Source: Woeseiaceae bacterium (GTDB taxonomy: Bacteria; Pseudomonadota; Gammaproteobacteria; Steroidobacterales; Woeseiaceae). Taken from it: a stretch of DNA of 64,000 bases. Shown in pieces: positions 49,101 to 57,273 of this stretch; position 1 is the first letter of the stretch, and every line of letters starts with the position of its first letter. The notes under the pieces are model-generated. The model was given only the letters and a program-made list of their open reading frames with translations. It was not told the origin of the DNA and did not search any database. A program made the translations under genes and the position numbers. Where the stretch lies: positions 9,603 to 73,602 of the forward strand of contig JBGCGB010000005.1 of the NCBI GenBank assembly GCA_045110335.1. The letters are read 5' to 3'.

Positions 49101-49606
49101 CGGCAACAATGAGCTGGTCTTCTACCGGTAGTATTCAATCAGCCGCTGGCGAAAATGCGGTGCTGCCGAAGTTTACCGAGGCTGGGGACGGGACTATAGT
49201 TGCGGCGTGGTTTCAAGAGCGAGAATCGGCTAGTTACGACATCTATGCCAATCGTTATGACCCCACAACGGAGACATGGGGTATACCGCAGTTGCTCGAA
49301 AACGTGGACGGTAGTGCCAACCCGCTCGATACCGGTCTTGATGTTGCCGCCGATTCGACAGGTAACGCTATACTGGTTTGGTCCCAGAACGTCGCCCCCA
49401 GCGGTTCTTTTGACTCGCGTATTCGGGCCAGCCGATACACGGCAGCTGATGGTCTTTGGTCGCCGCCGGAGCAGATTGATGACGACGATGTCAATGAGGC
49501 GGCTATCGAGCCACACATCGGTATGGACCGCGCGGGCAACGCGATTGTGATCTGGTTCTACGAGGGCATTCGGGAATATGGGGCAGCGCGGTTCATCGCG
49601 CCGTAA
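46175..49606 (+). CDS. Large lipoprotein with six tandem Calx-beta domains and a C-terminal repeat (beta-propeller-like) domain
   Basis: Lipobox PLMLAACGGGGG. Six ~115-aa repeats share the pattern (E/T)EGD.G....F.V.L......V.VDY.T.DG.A.AG.DY....G.L.I..G.....I.V.I.GD...E.DE.F.V.L.N. The last ~410 aa carry 7-8 copies of a motif, GNA(I/A)(L/V)(V/A)W......Y(D/T)....W..P. Confidence 0.88.
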   Translation: MKQTYRPLIAIGFPLMLAACGGGGGDDSSPIDDTGGGPATPAISIGDATIEEGNNGSSSLTFGVSLSGTSGSDVMVDFSVIGVEADVSDFIAASGTLTIPSGQTAGSIDIAILGDTEIERDESFAVELANPVNATLAIDTGNGTIINDDFSLLSIGPATVMEGDEGVSPMTFSVTVDRPGIDEISVDYATSDAAALAGSDYAAETGILTIPVGDTEATFIIDIVGDDEVEADEQFVINLLNASSNARIAEDEATGLIVNDDLVKVSVGPGGVIETDVGVRSVAVPLSLDAPASLDIAVSFQTSDVTALSGSDYTALDGMITVPAGETMTSIEVDVIGDTSVESNEFFLVTLTNVEGPGVLDQDVGMATIIDNDDPEALPTLFAQPAGVTEGDAGTTNMPFLFLLNEPVPGDLQFDIQTNAQTATSGVDYEDIMTTITIEEGATSALINVTVINDTEEEADESFVLTVSNPSIEVQIPIVNVIGTIVDNDSPDEELQARVSIANAEAVEGDSGFTDLAFTVVLSQAVATSVTFDYATEEGSAIAGVDYNAASGQVTLAAGSVSRTIVVSAIGDTFSEDDETFLVRLSNLSGDAEFERSSAIGTILTDEALLRLRVADAGDLEGNDSDTEQRFVVSLDAPALNTVSFNYETTDGTAIAGEDYIANSGSSQILAGVTSTEIPVAILADTENEPDETYTVTLTNVSANAVVQDATAMGTIVNDDGTPGWQTPTTLGGGFDYHRIAMHPDGNGAAVLIGATDPITFNNPVLVARFSNGAWLDPEPTGGSLRIGFAQDPAVTMLDNDRILVAWPTRSEVQSALYDETGNWNLQTLWNEQGFFVDLANDALGNAALAFEGDGSNVDPSDILRDSFDATTETWVGIEVAENDDTGRASEPLITMDDDGNRLIFWSQVFSDSALNGYYYNYFDAQSASWSGPILIPELLFSRNAFLDRLQDGRPALITQITSGADSVIELWIFDPATMSWSSTGSIQSAAGENAVLPKFTEAGDGTIVAAWFQERESASYDIYANRYDPTTETWGIPQLLENVDGSANPLDTGLDVAADSTGNAILVWSQNVAPSGSFDSRIRASRYTAADGLWSPPEQIDDDDVNEAAIEPHIGMDRAGNAIVIWFYEGIREYGAARFIAP
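46301..48360 (+). repeat. Six diverged tandem ~345-nt coding repeats (Calx-beta units) inside the lipoprotein gene
   Basis: The repeat periodicity is seen in the translated protein, each unit ending in (I/T)(I/V)(N/D)DD-like residues. At nucleotide level the copies are diverged, so this is not a recent expansion. Confidence 0.7.
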
Positions 49607-49677
49607 GTCAGGTAACTCATGTTAAGCTTGACGCACGTTGATGAGACCGGCTGCACCCGTTTTCTTGTGGAGCCCGC

Positions 49678-50265
49678 GTGCTGGCCGAACGAGAGGCTGG
49701 CTTGCAAGATTCATCGGACATTACGAGGTTGTTGGCAGCAGCTTCTGAGGGTGATTACGAGTCTAACGATGCACTTTTTAGCGTCGTTTATGGCCAGCTG
49801 CGTGAGATCGCTCGTGCACAGCGACGTCGATGGGCCGGCAATCACACGCTGGATACGTCGGCACTTGTCAACGAAGCATATCTCAAACTCGCCGGCCATC
49901 AGCTCTCCGATTTTAAGAATCGCGGGCACTTCTTTGCGACCGCGGCGAGAGCCATGCGTCAAGTGCTTATCAACTACGCCGAGCGTATGGCCAGCGCCAA
50001 ACGCGGTGGTGGTGTCGATCACGCAACGCTTAGCGGCGTTGCCGGTTTGCCTTCGCATTCGTTCGAAGAACTGTTGGAAATCGACAGGCTATTACAACGC
50101 CTGGAATCTGAGAACCCCCGCCATTGCAGGCTATTCGAGTGTCGCGTGTTTGGCGGCATGACTATTGCCGAAACAGCGGATGCGCTCGATCTTTCGCCGG
50201 CCACTATCAAGCGTGATTGGGCGCTCGTCAGTGCCTGGATTTATCGAGAGCTGGGTGCCGAGTAG
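49678..50265 (+). CDS. ECF-type sigma factor of the kinase-associated (ECF43-like, Sigma70_ECF/TIGR02999-like) family
   Basis: ITRLLAAASEGDYESNDALFSVVYGQLREIARAQRRRW..NHTLDTSALVNEAYLKL...NRGHFFATAARAMRQVLINYAERMASAKRGGG is the hallmark of this family. GTG start at 49678. No anti-sigma gene is adjacent. Confidence 0.88.
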   Translation: MLAEREAGLQDSSDITRLLAAASEGDYESNDALFSVVYGQLREIARAQRRRWAGNHTLDTSALVNEAYLKLAGHQLSDFKNRGHFFATAARAMRQVLINYAERMASAKRGGGVDHATLSGVAGLPSHSFEELLEIDRLLQRLESENPRHCRLFECRVFGGMTIAETADALDLSPATIKRDWALVSAWIYRELGAE

Positions 50266-50266
50266 C

Positions 50267-52927
50267 ATGTTCATCTCTGAGCGCGCAAAAGATTTGTTTT
50301 CCGAATCGCTAGCACTTGATCCGGCGCTACGTATTGAATTTTTGACGACACAATGCGGCGAGGACAAGCATCTTTTTGATGAAGTGTCGTCGCTACTCGA
50401 TGCATCCGAACAATCCGAACATTACTTCAATGCCATGGTGGAGCAGGTAAGCCTTTCGGCGCTGACGAACATCGACGACGCTGTTCATGAAGGAAAACAG
50501 GTTGGCCAGTGGCGTTTGCTTGAGTGCATTGGGCGCGGCGGCATGGGTACTGTGTATTTGGCGGACCGCGCGGATCGGTCGTTTGACAAGAAGGCTGCGG
50601 TCAAGTTGCTGCCTTTCGGTATGGATGGAGCAGCTGCGCGCGCCCGGTTTGTTCAGGAGCGGCAGATCCTTGCAACGCTGTCACACGATAATATCGCGCG
50701 GCTGTTAGACGGCGGTGTTACTGACGACGGTGTACCTTTTTTTGTGATGGACTTTGTCGATGGCACGCCGATCGATGTCTATTGCGACGAGTACAATCTA
50801 GATATTCATGCTCGATTGCGACTAGCACTTGAGGTCGCCGAAGCTTTGCAATACGCCCATCGCAATCTCGTCATCCATCGAGATCTCAAGCCCAACAATA
50901 TCCTGATCGATGATACCGGCAGTGTGCGTTTGTTGGACTTTGGAATTGCGAAGTTGCTCAATGGCGGTGACTCGAGTGCTGATCTAACCCGGCAAGCCCT
51001 GAGGCCTGTTACCCCCGTGTTTGCGAGTCCCGAAATGCTCGCCGGAGAGCATGTCGATGTGACAACGGATGTTTACTCGCTGGGCGTTCTCATTTTCATG
51101 CTATTGACATCGCACCTGCCGGTCTCTTACGAGGGAATGAGTCTTGCGGCGACGATTGAGCATGCAAGAACGACGATGCCGCCGCCGCCAAGCTTCCTTG
51201 ACGCGCGTATCGACCCGGATCTGGATGCTGTTGTTGGTAAAGCGTTGGCTCGAGAACCGGATCAACGCTACGAATCGGTGGAGAGCGTCGCGAACGACTT
51301 GCGTGCTTATCTAGTTGGTCGTCCCGTGATCGCTCGAGAACCTACGTTGTGGTATCGGTTGTCAAGATTTGTCCGGCGAAACCGTTTCGCTGTCATCGGG
51401 TCCGGTGCGGTCTCAATGGCCATGCTGGGTATGGCTGGTATTGCGATGCACCAAGCAGATGAAGCAGCGATGCAACGTGATGCCGTGATTGCCGAACAAA
51501 GACGAACCCGAGCCAGTAACGAGTTTTTCGGTGGTTTAATCGATGAGTTAAACAATGAACCCATGACATCGCTTCAATTGCTTGATCGGGGTGCCAGTGT
51601 GTTGCAACAACAGTATGGTAACGAACAGCCATTCATGGCGTATTCACTATACGAGTTGGCCAGACGTTACGCCCGGCTGAGAGAAACCGACAAACAAGTG
51701 GCATTGCTGGAACAAACGGTACGCGCTGCGGAGGCCAATCATGACCAGTCTCTCCAGGCAGCTGCTTTGTGCCGATTGAGTGGCGCGGTTTCAGCTAGAG
51801 ACGGGGTGCGATCTTCCCAGTACTTTGCAGACGGACATGCATTGTTTCTGACTTTGGCGACGCCTTCGCTTGAGGCCAGCGTTGATTGTTTGAGGATGTT
51901 GGCGGTCAATGCATCAAGCGAAGATGATCAGCAGGCCGCGCTCGACTATATGTTCGAGGCCAAGGCGATCATTGCTGAACACGGTGATGTGTCGGTAGAC
52001 GTAGAGGGGCCTGTGCTTGGCTACATCGCGCATTTGTACTTCAAGCAGGAAGCGATGCCGCAAGCACTACAGACGCTTGATGAGACGCTTGATCTGCTCG
52101 ATGCCAACGGACGAGGCAACTCGATGGGTTATCTCAGGGTCTCGGCGAACAAGGCCGTGACACTGAATGCTATTGGCCAAATAGAAGCGTCTCTGGCTGA
52201 ATGGGAAAGTATCGTTCAGCGCCTGAGGATCTCGGGGTTTCGCCAAAGAGGCGCCGGTGGATTCTTGATTCAGTATGCCGATAGTCTCGCGCGCGCTGGA
52301 CAAATGGAAAAATCGGTCGCTCTGCATCAAGAAGGATTGGCGATTGCACAAGAGGCCGGGGATCTGCGAAATGTAGCGTTTGCGGATTTGGGGCTGGCGC
52401 GCGGTGCGATAGCGCAAGAACAATTTAATAAAGCGCTTCGACATCTGGATCAAGTAGGCGATTACGCTAATCAAGACCCTCACGCGGATGTGGCTGCCAC
52501 CCGTGGCGGCAAGGTTTTGCGAATCAAGATCTATCGGAAGACGGGACAACTCGATCTCGCATTGGATTTGCTAAACGCATTGCTCGATGAGATTGGATAT
52601 CCAGAGGTTAACCGTGGTCGCCAATTGTTGTCGACATTGATCGAAGCAGCCGAGCTGCATTCGGTTCGACAGGAGTTTGGTGTTGCCGAGCGCTATGCAG
52701 GTGATGCGATTGATTTGATCACTGAGCGAGCTGTCGGCGACCCAATGATCAGTGTTGATGTAGGTCGCGCCTACGTGCATCGGGCAGAGATTCGTGCCGC
52801 TAGCGGAAATCCGGCCGGAGCAATGAGTGATCTGGAAGTTGGCATCCCGGTGCTTTTGGAAAATCTGGGTAGCGATCACAAAGAAACGATTGCTGCACGT
52901 GGGCTGCTTGATCGTCTCGGGAACTAG
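50267..52927 (+). CDS. Ser/Thr protein kinase with single TM and a large C-terminal TPR-like domain
   Basis: The ATG is 1 nt after the sigma stop. The N-terminal helix (FLTTQCGEDKHLFDEVSSLLDA) is typical of sigma-linked kinases. Hanks motifs are GRGGMGTVY, AVKLL, HRDLKPNNILI and DFGIAK. RFVRRNRF precedes the TM segment (51386-51448), and ~490 helical-repeat residues follow it. Confidence 0.9.
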   Translation: MFISERAKDLFSESLALDPALRIEFLTTQCGEDKHLFDEVSSLLDASEQSEHYFNAMVEQVSLSALTNIDDAVHEGKQVGQWRLLECIGRGGMGTVYLADRADRSFDKKAAVKLLPFGMDGAAARARFVQERQILATLSHDNIARLLDGGVTDDGVPFFVMDFVDGTPIDVYCDEYNLDIHARLRLALEVAEALQYAHRNLVIHRDLKPNNILIDDTGSVRLLDFGIAKLLNGGDSSADLTRQALRPVTPVFASPEMLAGEHVDVTTDVYSLGVLIFMLLTSHLPVSYEGMSLAATIEHARTTMPPPPSFLDARIDPDLDAVVGKALAREPDQRYESVESVANDLRAYLVGRPVIAREPTLWYRLSRFVRRNRFAVIGSGAVSMAMLGMAGIAMHQADEAAMQRDAVIAEQRRTRASNEFFGGLIDELNNEPMTSLQLLDRGASVLQQQYGNEQPFMAYSLYELARRYARLRETDKQVALLEQTVRAAEANHDQSLQAAALCRLSGAVSARDGVRSSQYFADGHALFLTLATPSLEASVDCLRMLAVNASSEDDQQAALDYMFEAKAIIAEHGDVSVDVEGPVLGYIAHLYFKQEAMPQALQTLDETLDLLDANGRGNSMGYLRVSANKAVTLNAIGQIEASLAEWESIVQRLRISGFRQRGAGGFLIQYADSLARAGQMEKSVALHQEGLAIAQEAGDLRNVAFADLGLARGAIAQEQFNKALRHLDQVGDYANQDPHADVAATRGGKVLRIKIYRKTGQLDLALDLLNALLDEIGYPEVNRGRQLLSTLIEAAELHSVRQEFGVAERYAGDAIDLITERAVGDPMISVDVGRAYVHRAEIRAASGNPAGAMSDLEVGIPVLLENLGSDHKETIAARGLLDRLGN

Positions 52928-52957
52928 CTGCATCGCGTCAAAAGGGCGCCCACAAAA

Positions 52958-52982
52958 AAGGCGACGGTAGTACCGCCGCCTT
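52958..52982. terminator. Bidirectional Rho-independent terminator
   Basis: AAGGCGACGGT-agt-ACCGCCGCCTT (10 of 11 bp paired), flanked by an A-run on the 5' side and TTCTTT on the 3' side. It sits between the convergent kinase and lipoprotein genes. Confidence 0.55.
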
Positions 52983-53008
52983 CTTTGGCGTTCATTAGGA
53001 CTTAAAGA

Positions 53009-53536
53009 CTAAACTTCTTCCAGCATACCCAGTATTTTTCGTGCATCAAAACTCAATGCGTCTTTTGGTGCTACACCACGACCCATCTCAATGTTGAGGC
53101 CGAGACCGGGTAATGGTCTTTCGGCACTGACACTACCGGGTCGGGCATTCAGTGTTTCACCCAGCAACGTAATCTGTTGACGTGTGAGTCCTGGTCGCCC
53201 TTGGGTTCTCATGAACTCATACGTGATGGTTTCTAGTGCATCCACCTGACTTACGATCGCTTCTGCGTTTTCGCCGGCGTTCAACACGGTAAACCAGTCG
53301 TAGCCGTTGCTTACGGTGAGCTCAGCGGCCCGACGTAACGCGTAGTCAGCCAAACGATCATTGCGGAGCATTCGCTTGCCATTGAAATAAACAACGTATT
53401 GCCCATTTTCAACGAGCGTTTCCGAGTATCCAAAGGCTTCCGGTTCTTCGGCAGCCACATAGTCAAGGTTACTGGCACATCCTGAAATAAAGGCGAGGGT
53501 GGCCACAATACCAAGGGTCTTTCTTTCAATCGTCAT
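53009..53536 (-). CDS. Hypothetical lipoprotein
   Basis: Lipobox AFISGCAS. I prefer ATG 53536, preceded by GGAGA; an alternative ATG lies at 53548. The family is uncertain, possibly CC0125/CC1285-like, which I cannot verify. Confidence 0.65.
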   Translation of the reverse strand: MTIERKTLGIVATLAFISGCASNLDYVAAEEPEAFGYSETLVENGQYVVYFNGKRMLRNDRLADYALRRAAELTVSNGYDWFTVLNAGENAEAIVSQVDALETITYEFMRTQGRPGLTRQQITLLGETLNARPGSVSAERPLPGLGLNIEMGRGVAPKDALSFDARKILGMLEEV

Positions 53537-53823
53537 CACAATCTCCATTTATTGACAAACTCGAAATCCCCGATCGAGCAAAAACACGCCGCGACCGGCG
53601 ATTACGTGAACCGTTATCAGGTTCGCTAGTGCTATAGATAGGACTATCGACCCTTTTGAAAGTTCTGATAGTCAGCGTCTTAGTTACAGAATCAATTTGT
53701 CGAACACTAGTATTTGCGCTCCGATTTGTCATAATTTTGTCAAGATTAGGCAGCGATATGGTAGTTTTGATGCGCAATGGCGCTATCTGGGCCATTGGCA
53801 GCTGGTGAATACGGGAATCCAAT

Positions 53824-54186
53824 ATGACTCAGAAAAAGGTGGAAGCGTTGATGGACGATATTCGTTTGGTAAGCGACCAACAATACGCCACGGTTCAGGC
53901 AGTCAGGAAGCTGGTTAAAACCCTAGTGCCCGCGTCTTCGGAGGCGGTGAAATATGGCGGGATTCTGTTTTCGGTCGACAGGCATTTTTGTGGGGTTTTC
54001 GCGTACAAGAAACATGTGTCTGTTGAATTTAGCCACGGTGCGGCGATTGACGATATCAACGGTCATCTGGAAGGCAAAGGAAAAGGCCGGCGTCACCTGA
54101 AGTTGCTGTCGATGGATGATATCGAGAGTAAAGCATTGGCAGATTACATTCCGAAAGCGCTGCAAGTGATGCAGGTTGAACCATAG
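53824..54186 (+). CDS. DUF1801 (YdhG-like) domain protein
   Basis: 120 aa. VKYGGILFS...FCGVFAYKKHVSVEFSHG is the typical DUF1801 pattern. Confidence 0.8.
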   Translation: MTQKKVEALMDDIRLVSDQQYATVQAVRKLVKTLVPASSEAVKYGGILFSVDRHFCGVFAYKKHVSVEFSHGAAIDDINGHLEGKGKGRRHLKLLSMDDIESKALADYIPKALQVMQVEP

Positions 54187-54442
54187 CAACACGATTTTTT
54201 CCGTTTGTTATGGTCGAAGTCGTTATTGTTGTCGCCGGTCCGGCTTTGACGTGCGCGAGGTACTTCGCTAAAGCGCGAGCAACATGGCATGCTGGGTTCG
54301 TCGGGCGATCGGGTACGCTTCTTATCCAACGGGATTTAGCGTTCGCGTCAGCAAACCGCTGCTCGTTTTGAAAGTGACATAGCGCTGGTGAGAGCCGACG
54401 AAAATAACTCGCACAACGCCCAAAGAACTTTGGATAAACCCT

Positions 54443-55342
54443 ATGCCTAAGAATGCAATTCCGCCACTACCGCCGGCGCTCGACGCCGAACGTCACGAAT
54501 TCGAAGGGCGAGCCGGCCGCTTAAGCTATTACAAGGCAGGCGAGGGCGAACCGTTATTGCTGTTTCATAGCATTAATGCATCGGGCTCTGCGTTCGAAGT
54601 AAAGCCTGTGTTCGAACACTATCGTCATTCGCGCACTGTTTATGCGATCGATTTACCGGGCTTCGGCTTCTCGGATCGGTCTGATCGTCATTACTCTCCG
54701 CGGCTATACACCGATGCCATACATGATCTGTTGAGTCAGGTTCCTGGCAGTGGTCCAGTCGACGCGTTGGCACTTTCGCTTGCTTCGGAGTACGTGGCCC
54801 GCGCTGCAACAGAATCTCCAGAGCGTTTTCGTTCGCTCGCACTGGTGACGCCGACAGGCTTCAACAAGGGATCACACAAGATGCGGGCGCCTGAAGGCGC
54901 AACGCGTGAGGTCAAATGGCTTTACAAGGCGTTGACGGTCCCGTTATGGCGCCAGGGTTTGTATCGACTTCTGGTTAAGCCATCAGTGATTCGATATTTT
55001 CTGAAACGTACGTGGGGCTCCGATGATTACGATGAGTCGTTGGCGGTTTATGACGAGGCAACAACAAAGCAACCAGGTGCCGAGTATGCGCCACTAGCTT
55101 TTTTGTCGGCACGACTCTTCAGCAAAGACATTCGAAATGTTTACGAGCAATTGACGCTGCCTGTTTGGGTCCCGCATGCCACTCGCGGCGACTTCAAGGA
55201 CTTCAGCGAAACGGATTGGGCACGTGAGAAAGGCAATTGGACATTTCAAGCGATGGAGTCGGGTGCCTTGCCATTTTTTGAATTACCAGATGAATTTTTC
55301 ACAAGCTTTGATGGCTTCCTCAATGCGTCGATCAAGCGTTGA
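54443..55342 (+). CDS. Alpha/beta hydrolase
   Basis: LLLFHSINASG, YAIDLPGFGFSDR, and a nucleophile-elbow-like ALSLASE. Confidence 0.85.
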   Translation: MPKNAIPPLPPALDAERHEFEGRAGRLSYYKAGEGEPLLLFHSINASGSAFEVKPVFEHYRHSRTVYAIDLPGFGFSDRSDRHYSPRLYTDAIHDLLSQVPGSGPVDALALSLASEYVARAATESPERFRSLALVTPTGFNKGSHKMRAPEGATREVKWLYKALTVPLWRQGLYRLLVKPSVIRYFLKRTWGSDDYDESLAVYDEATTKQPGAEYAPLAFLSARLFSKDIRNVYEQLTLPVWVPHATRGDFKDFSETDWAREKGNWTFQAMESGALPFFELPDEFFTSFDGFLNASIKR

Positions 55343-55367
55343 AGGCTCCTGCAGGCGCTCCATTGCA

Positions 55368-56513
55368 ATGGGTCTTAACAACCCGTCGCACGAAAACCTT
55401 GGGAACATGAGTTATGGAAGCCGCCATACCGAGGTTGCGGTTCGCGATACGCTCGCTATAACAGAAAACCGACCTAGGCCTAAGTCGTGGGTTTTAGCCG
55501 TATTGCTTGGTTTTCTTTCTTCGACCTGGGTGCTCGCCGGTTCGGCGCCATCTAGCATCGCTTACGGTGATCGCGTCGCGACCCTATCCGAGCCCTTGAG
55601 TCGCCTTCTGGCTGAGAAAGATCAGCCCAATGCCGCGGGTGCCATGGGTCGAAACCGGCGTGCCTATTTTCACGTTCGCTTTCAGCTTGGCCTACATAAC
55701 TTGATGAACTATGGCATCGTGGCTCAAGATGAACGAGCTTTCGATGCCTTTGTTAGCGCAGTCGAGTATGCCTTCAACCACCAGACTGAGGCGGGTGACT
55801 TTCGGATTTTTCTGCCGCCTGAACTGGAAGGGCAAGTCGAGCCGGGACTGACTGACCTCGCCAGTGGAACCGCGTTTTTTGCGGCATCGCTGGGCTCCGC
55901 GTTATATGCATGGGACACCAGTGATTGGGTGCAATCGGCTCCAGAGCTTCTTGACCGCCGCCGTCGCCTGATTGAGCTCAATCCTTCGCTCGAAAAGATG
56001 CTGTCTTATTTGCTGGACAATCACACACGGTTGATGACGGCCGACCAAAATGCACCTAACCGCCTCTTGTTTACCGCTGTCGCATTGCAATCGCTAGGTC
56101 TGCGTCTGGACAGCGCGGATGCACTGGAAGGCGCGCGAGCCTTCGTTGACCAAGCGCTCTCGCAGTTGGCACCGGAGGGATACTTCATTGAAGGCGGCGG
56201 CTACGATTCGAGCTATAACGGTGTCGCGACATCACTGGCAATCCGCCTTTTGATGATGGGATATCAAGAAGAAGCTTTGGCGAGCGCTGCGAGCGATGCT
56301 CTACAGTGGCAACGTCGAAAGATTCTGGCGACCGGCGAAATTTCTACAGCGGGTAACACACGCGTTAACCCCAATGCTGGAGAAACCTTTTTGGGGCGAA
56401 AGAAAGATGTTGATGTGGGTCAGACGATCGAGGCGTTGATGATGGGATCAGTCTATTTCGATGACCGAAGTTATCTCGCTATCGCCGAATCTGTTGTCCG
56501 TTTCTATCGCTGA
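55368..56513 (+). CDS. Hypothetical exported/membrane-anchored helical protein
   Basis: ATG 55368 is my chosen start; the track ORF from 55176 overlaps the hydrolase gene. An N-terminal hydrophobic segment, WVLAVLLGFLSSTWVLAGSAP, is followed by mostly helical sequence. It is 25 nt downstream of the hydrolase. Any resemblance to alpha/alpha-toroid lyases is only an impression. Confidence 0.6.
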   Translation: MGLNNPSHENLGNMSYGSRHTEVAVRDTLAITENRPRPKSWVLAVLLGFLSSTWVLAGSAPSSIAYGDRVATLSEPLSRLLAEKDQPNAAGAMGRNRRAYFHVRFQLGLHNLMNYGIVAQDERAFDAFVSAVEYAFNHQTEAGDFRIFLPPELEGQVEPGLTDLASGTAFFAASLGSALYAWDTSDWVQSAPELLDRRRRLIELNPSLEKMLSYLLDNHTRLMTADQNAPNRLLFTAVALQSLGLRLDSADALEGARAFVDQALSQLAPEGYFIEGGGYDSSYNGVATSLAIRLLMMGYQEEALASAASDALQWQRRKILATGEISTAGNTRVNPNAGETFLGRKKDVDVGQTIEALMMGSVYFDDRSYLAIAESVVRFYR

Positions 56514-56571
56514 AAGATCGATGTCGTGTTGACGTCACATCAGCACGACGCAAGGCGGCGAGCGTACCTAA

Positions 56572-57273
56572 TTAGTCTGATCTAACTTCCTCCTGTTCAA
56601 AACGCTGTAACTCATCGAGTGAATGCTGTGCCCGCGATAAGCTGGTGCCGGCTAACCAGGCTTCCGTCTTCCGGGCGAGCTTGGGCCGCTTGTGACTGCT
56701 CGCCCAAAAAACGCCGATGGTGGTGAGCGCCGTAAACACGATACAGAAGATCAGGATCGTGACGAATGGTGTTGGTAGTCCTGTCTCGAAGAGCCCGTAC
56801 CGATGATTCGACAGTATGACGGTATAGGGAAGCCAGAGAATCCACCACGGCAAACCGACCATCCAGCCTGATCGAATATAGCTCTTGCGAAGATCCAGCA
56901 TTTGCTTTTGAATCGTCACAATCGGCGCGCTCATGTCTAGACGGGAAATCTTCAGCATGATGTTTGCGCCGAGCATGACGGCTAGTAAGCCATAGGCATG
57001 GACGATCAAACCACAGACCCACAGCACAGTCGTATCTATATTTGCGATCCAAAACGGTGCGGCGAATGCCATGCTCAATATGCCCCAGATAATCTGAAGG
57101 GCCATGCCCCAATAAAGCGGCCGCAGGTGGCTACGAGCATTGCCAAGTTTTTGTTCGCGCAGTAAGCCAAGTTGAATCGTCTGATGACGAGCCATCTTTC
57201 TATCCATGACGTGCCACAAGCTCTTTAATTCATCCAGTTCCACGGTCTGGTCCTCGTTGTTCTTGCGCCGCAC
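56572..57273 (-). CDS. Polytopic membrane protein downstream of an ECF sigma (putative non-canonical anti-sigma or partner)
   Basis: About 5 TM helices with a short cytoplasmic N-terminus (ELDELKSLW). A GTG at 57273 overlaps the sigma gene by 44 nt, and an alternative ATG lies at 57207. There is no zinc-finger anti-sigma motif. Confidence 0.55.
   Translation of the reverse strand: MRRKNNEDQTVELDELKSLWHVMDRKMARHQTIQLGLLREQKLGNARSHLRPLYWGMALQIIWGILSMAFAAPFWIANIDTTVLWVCGLIVHAYGLLAVMLGANIMLKISRLDMSAPIVTIQKQMLDLRKSYIRSGWMVGLPWWILWLPYTVILSNHRYGLFETGLPTPFVTILIFCIVFTALTTIGVFWASSHKRPKLARKTEAWLAGTSLSRAQHSLDELQRFEQEEVRSD

Noticed and set aside
54210-54341. A 43-codon plus-strand ORF and the 61-aa minus-strand ORF (54144-54329) in the gap between DUF1801 and the hydrolase gene.
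   Set aside because: Neither has a ribosome-binding site or a family. The minus-strand ORF overlaps the DUF1801 3' end. This is insufficient support.
55176-55367. The upstream 64 codons of the 55176-56513 ORF.
   Set aside because: They overlap the 3' end of the alpha/beta hydrolase gene in another frame and are Arg/Ser-rich. ATG 55368 lies just after the hydrolase stop.
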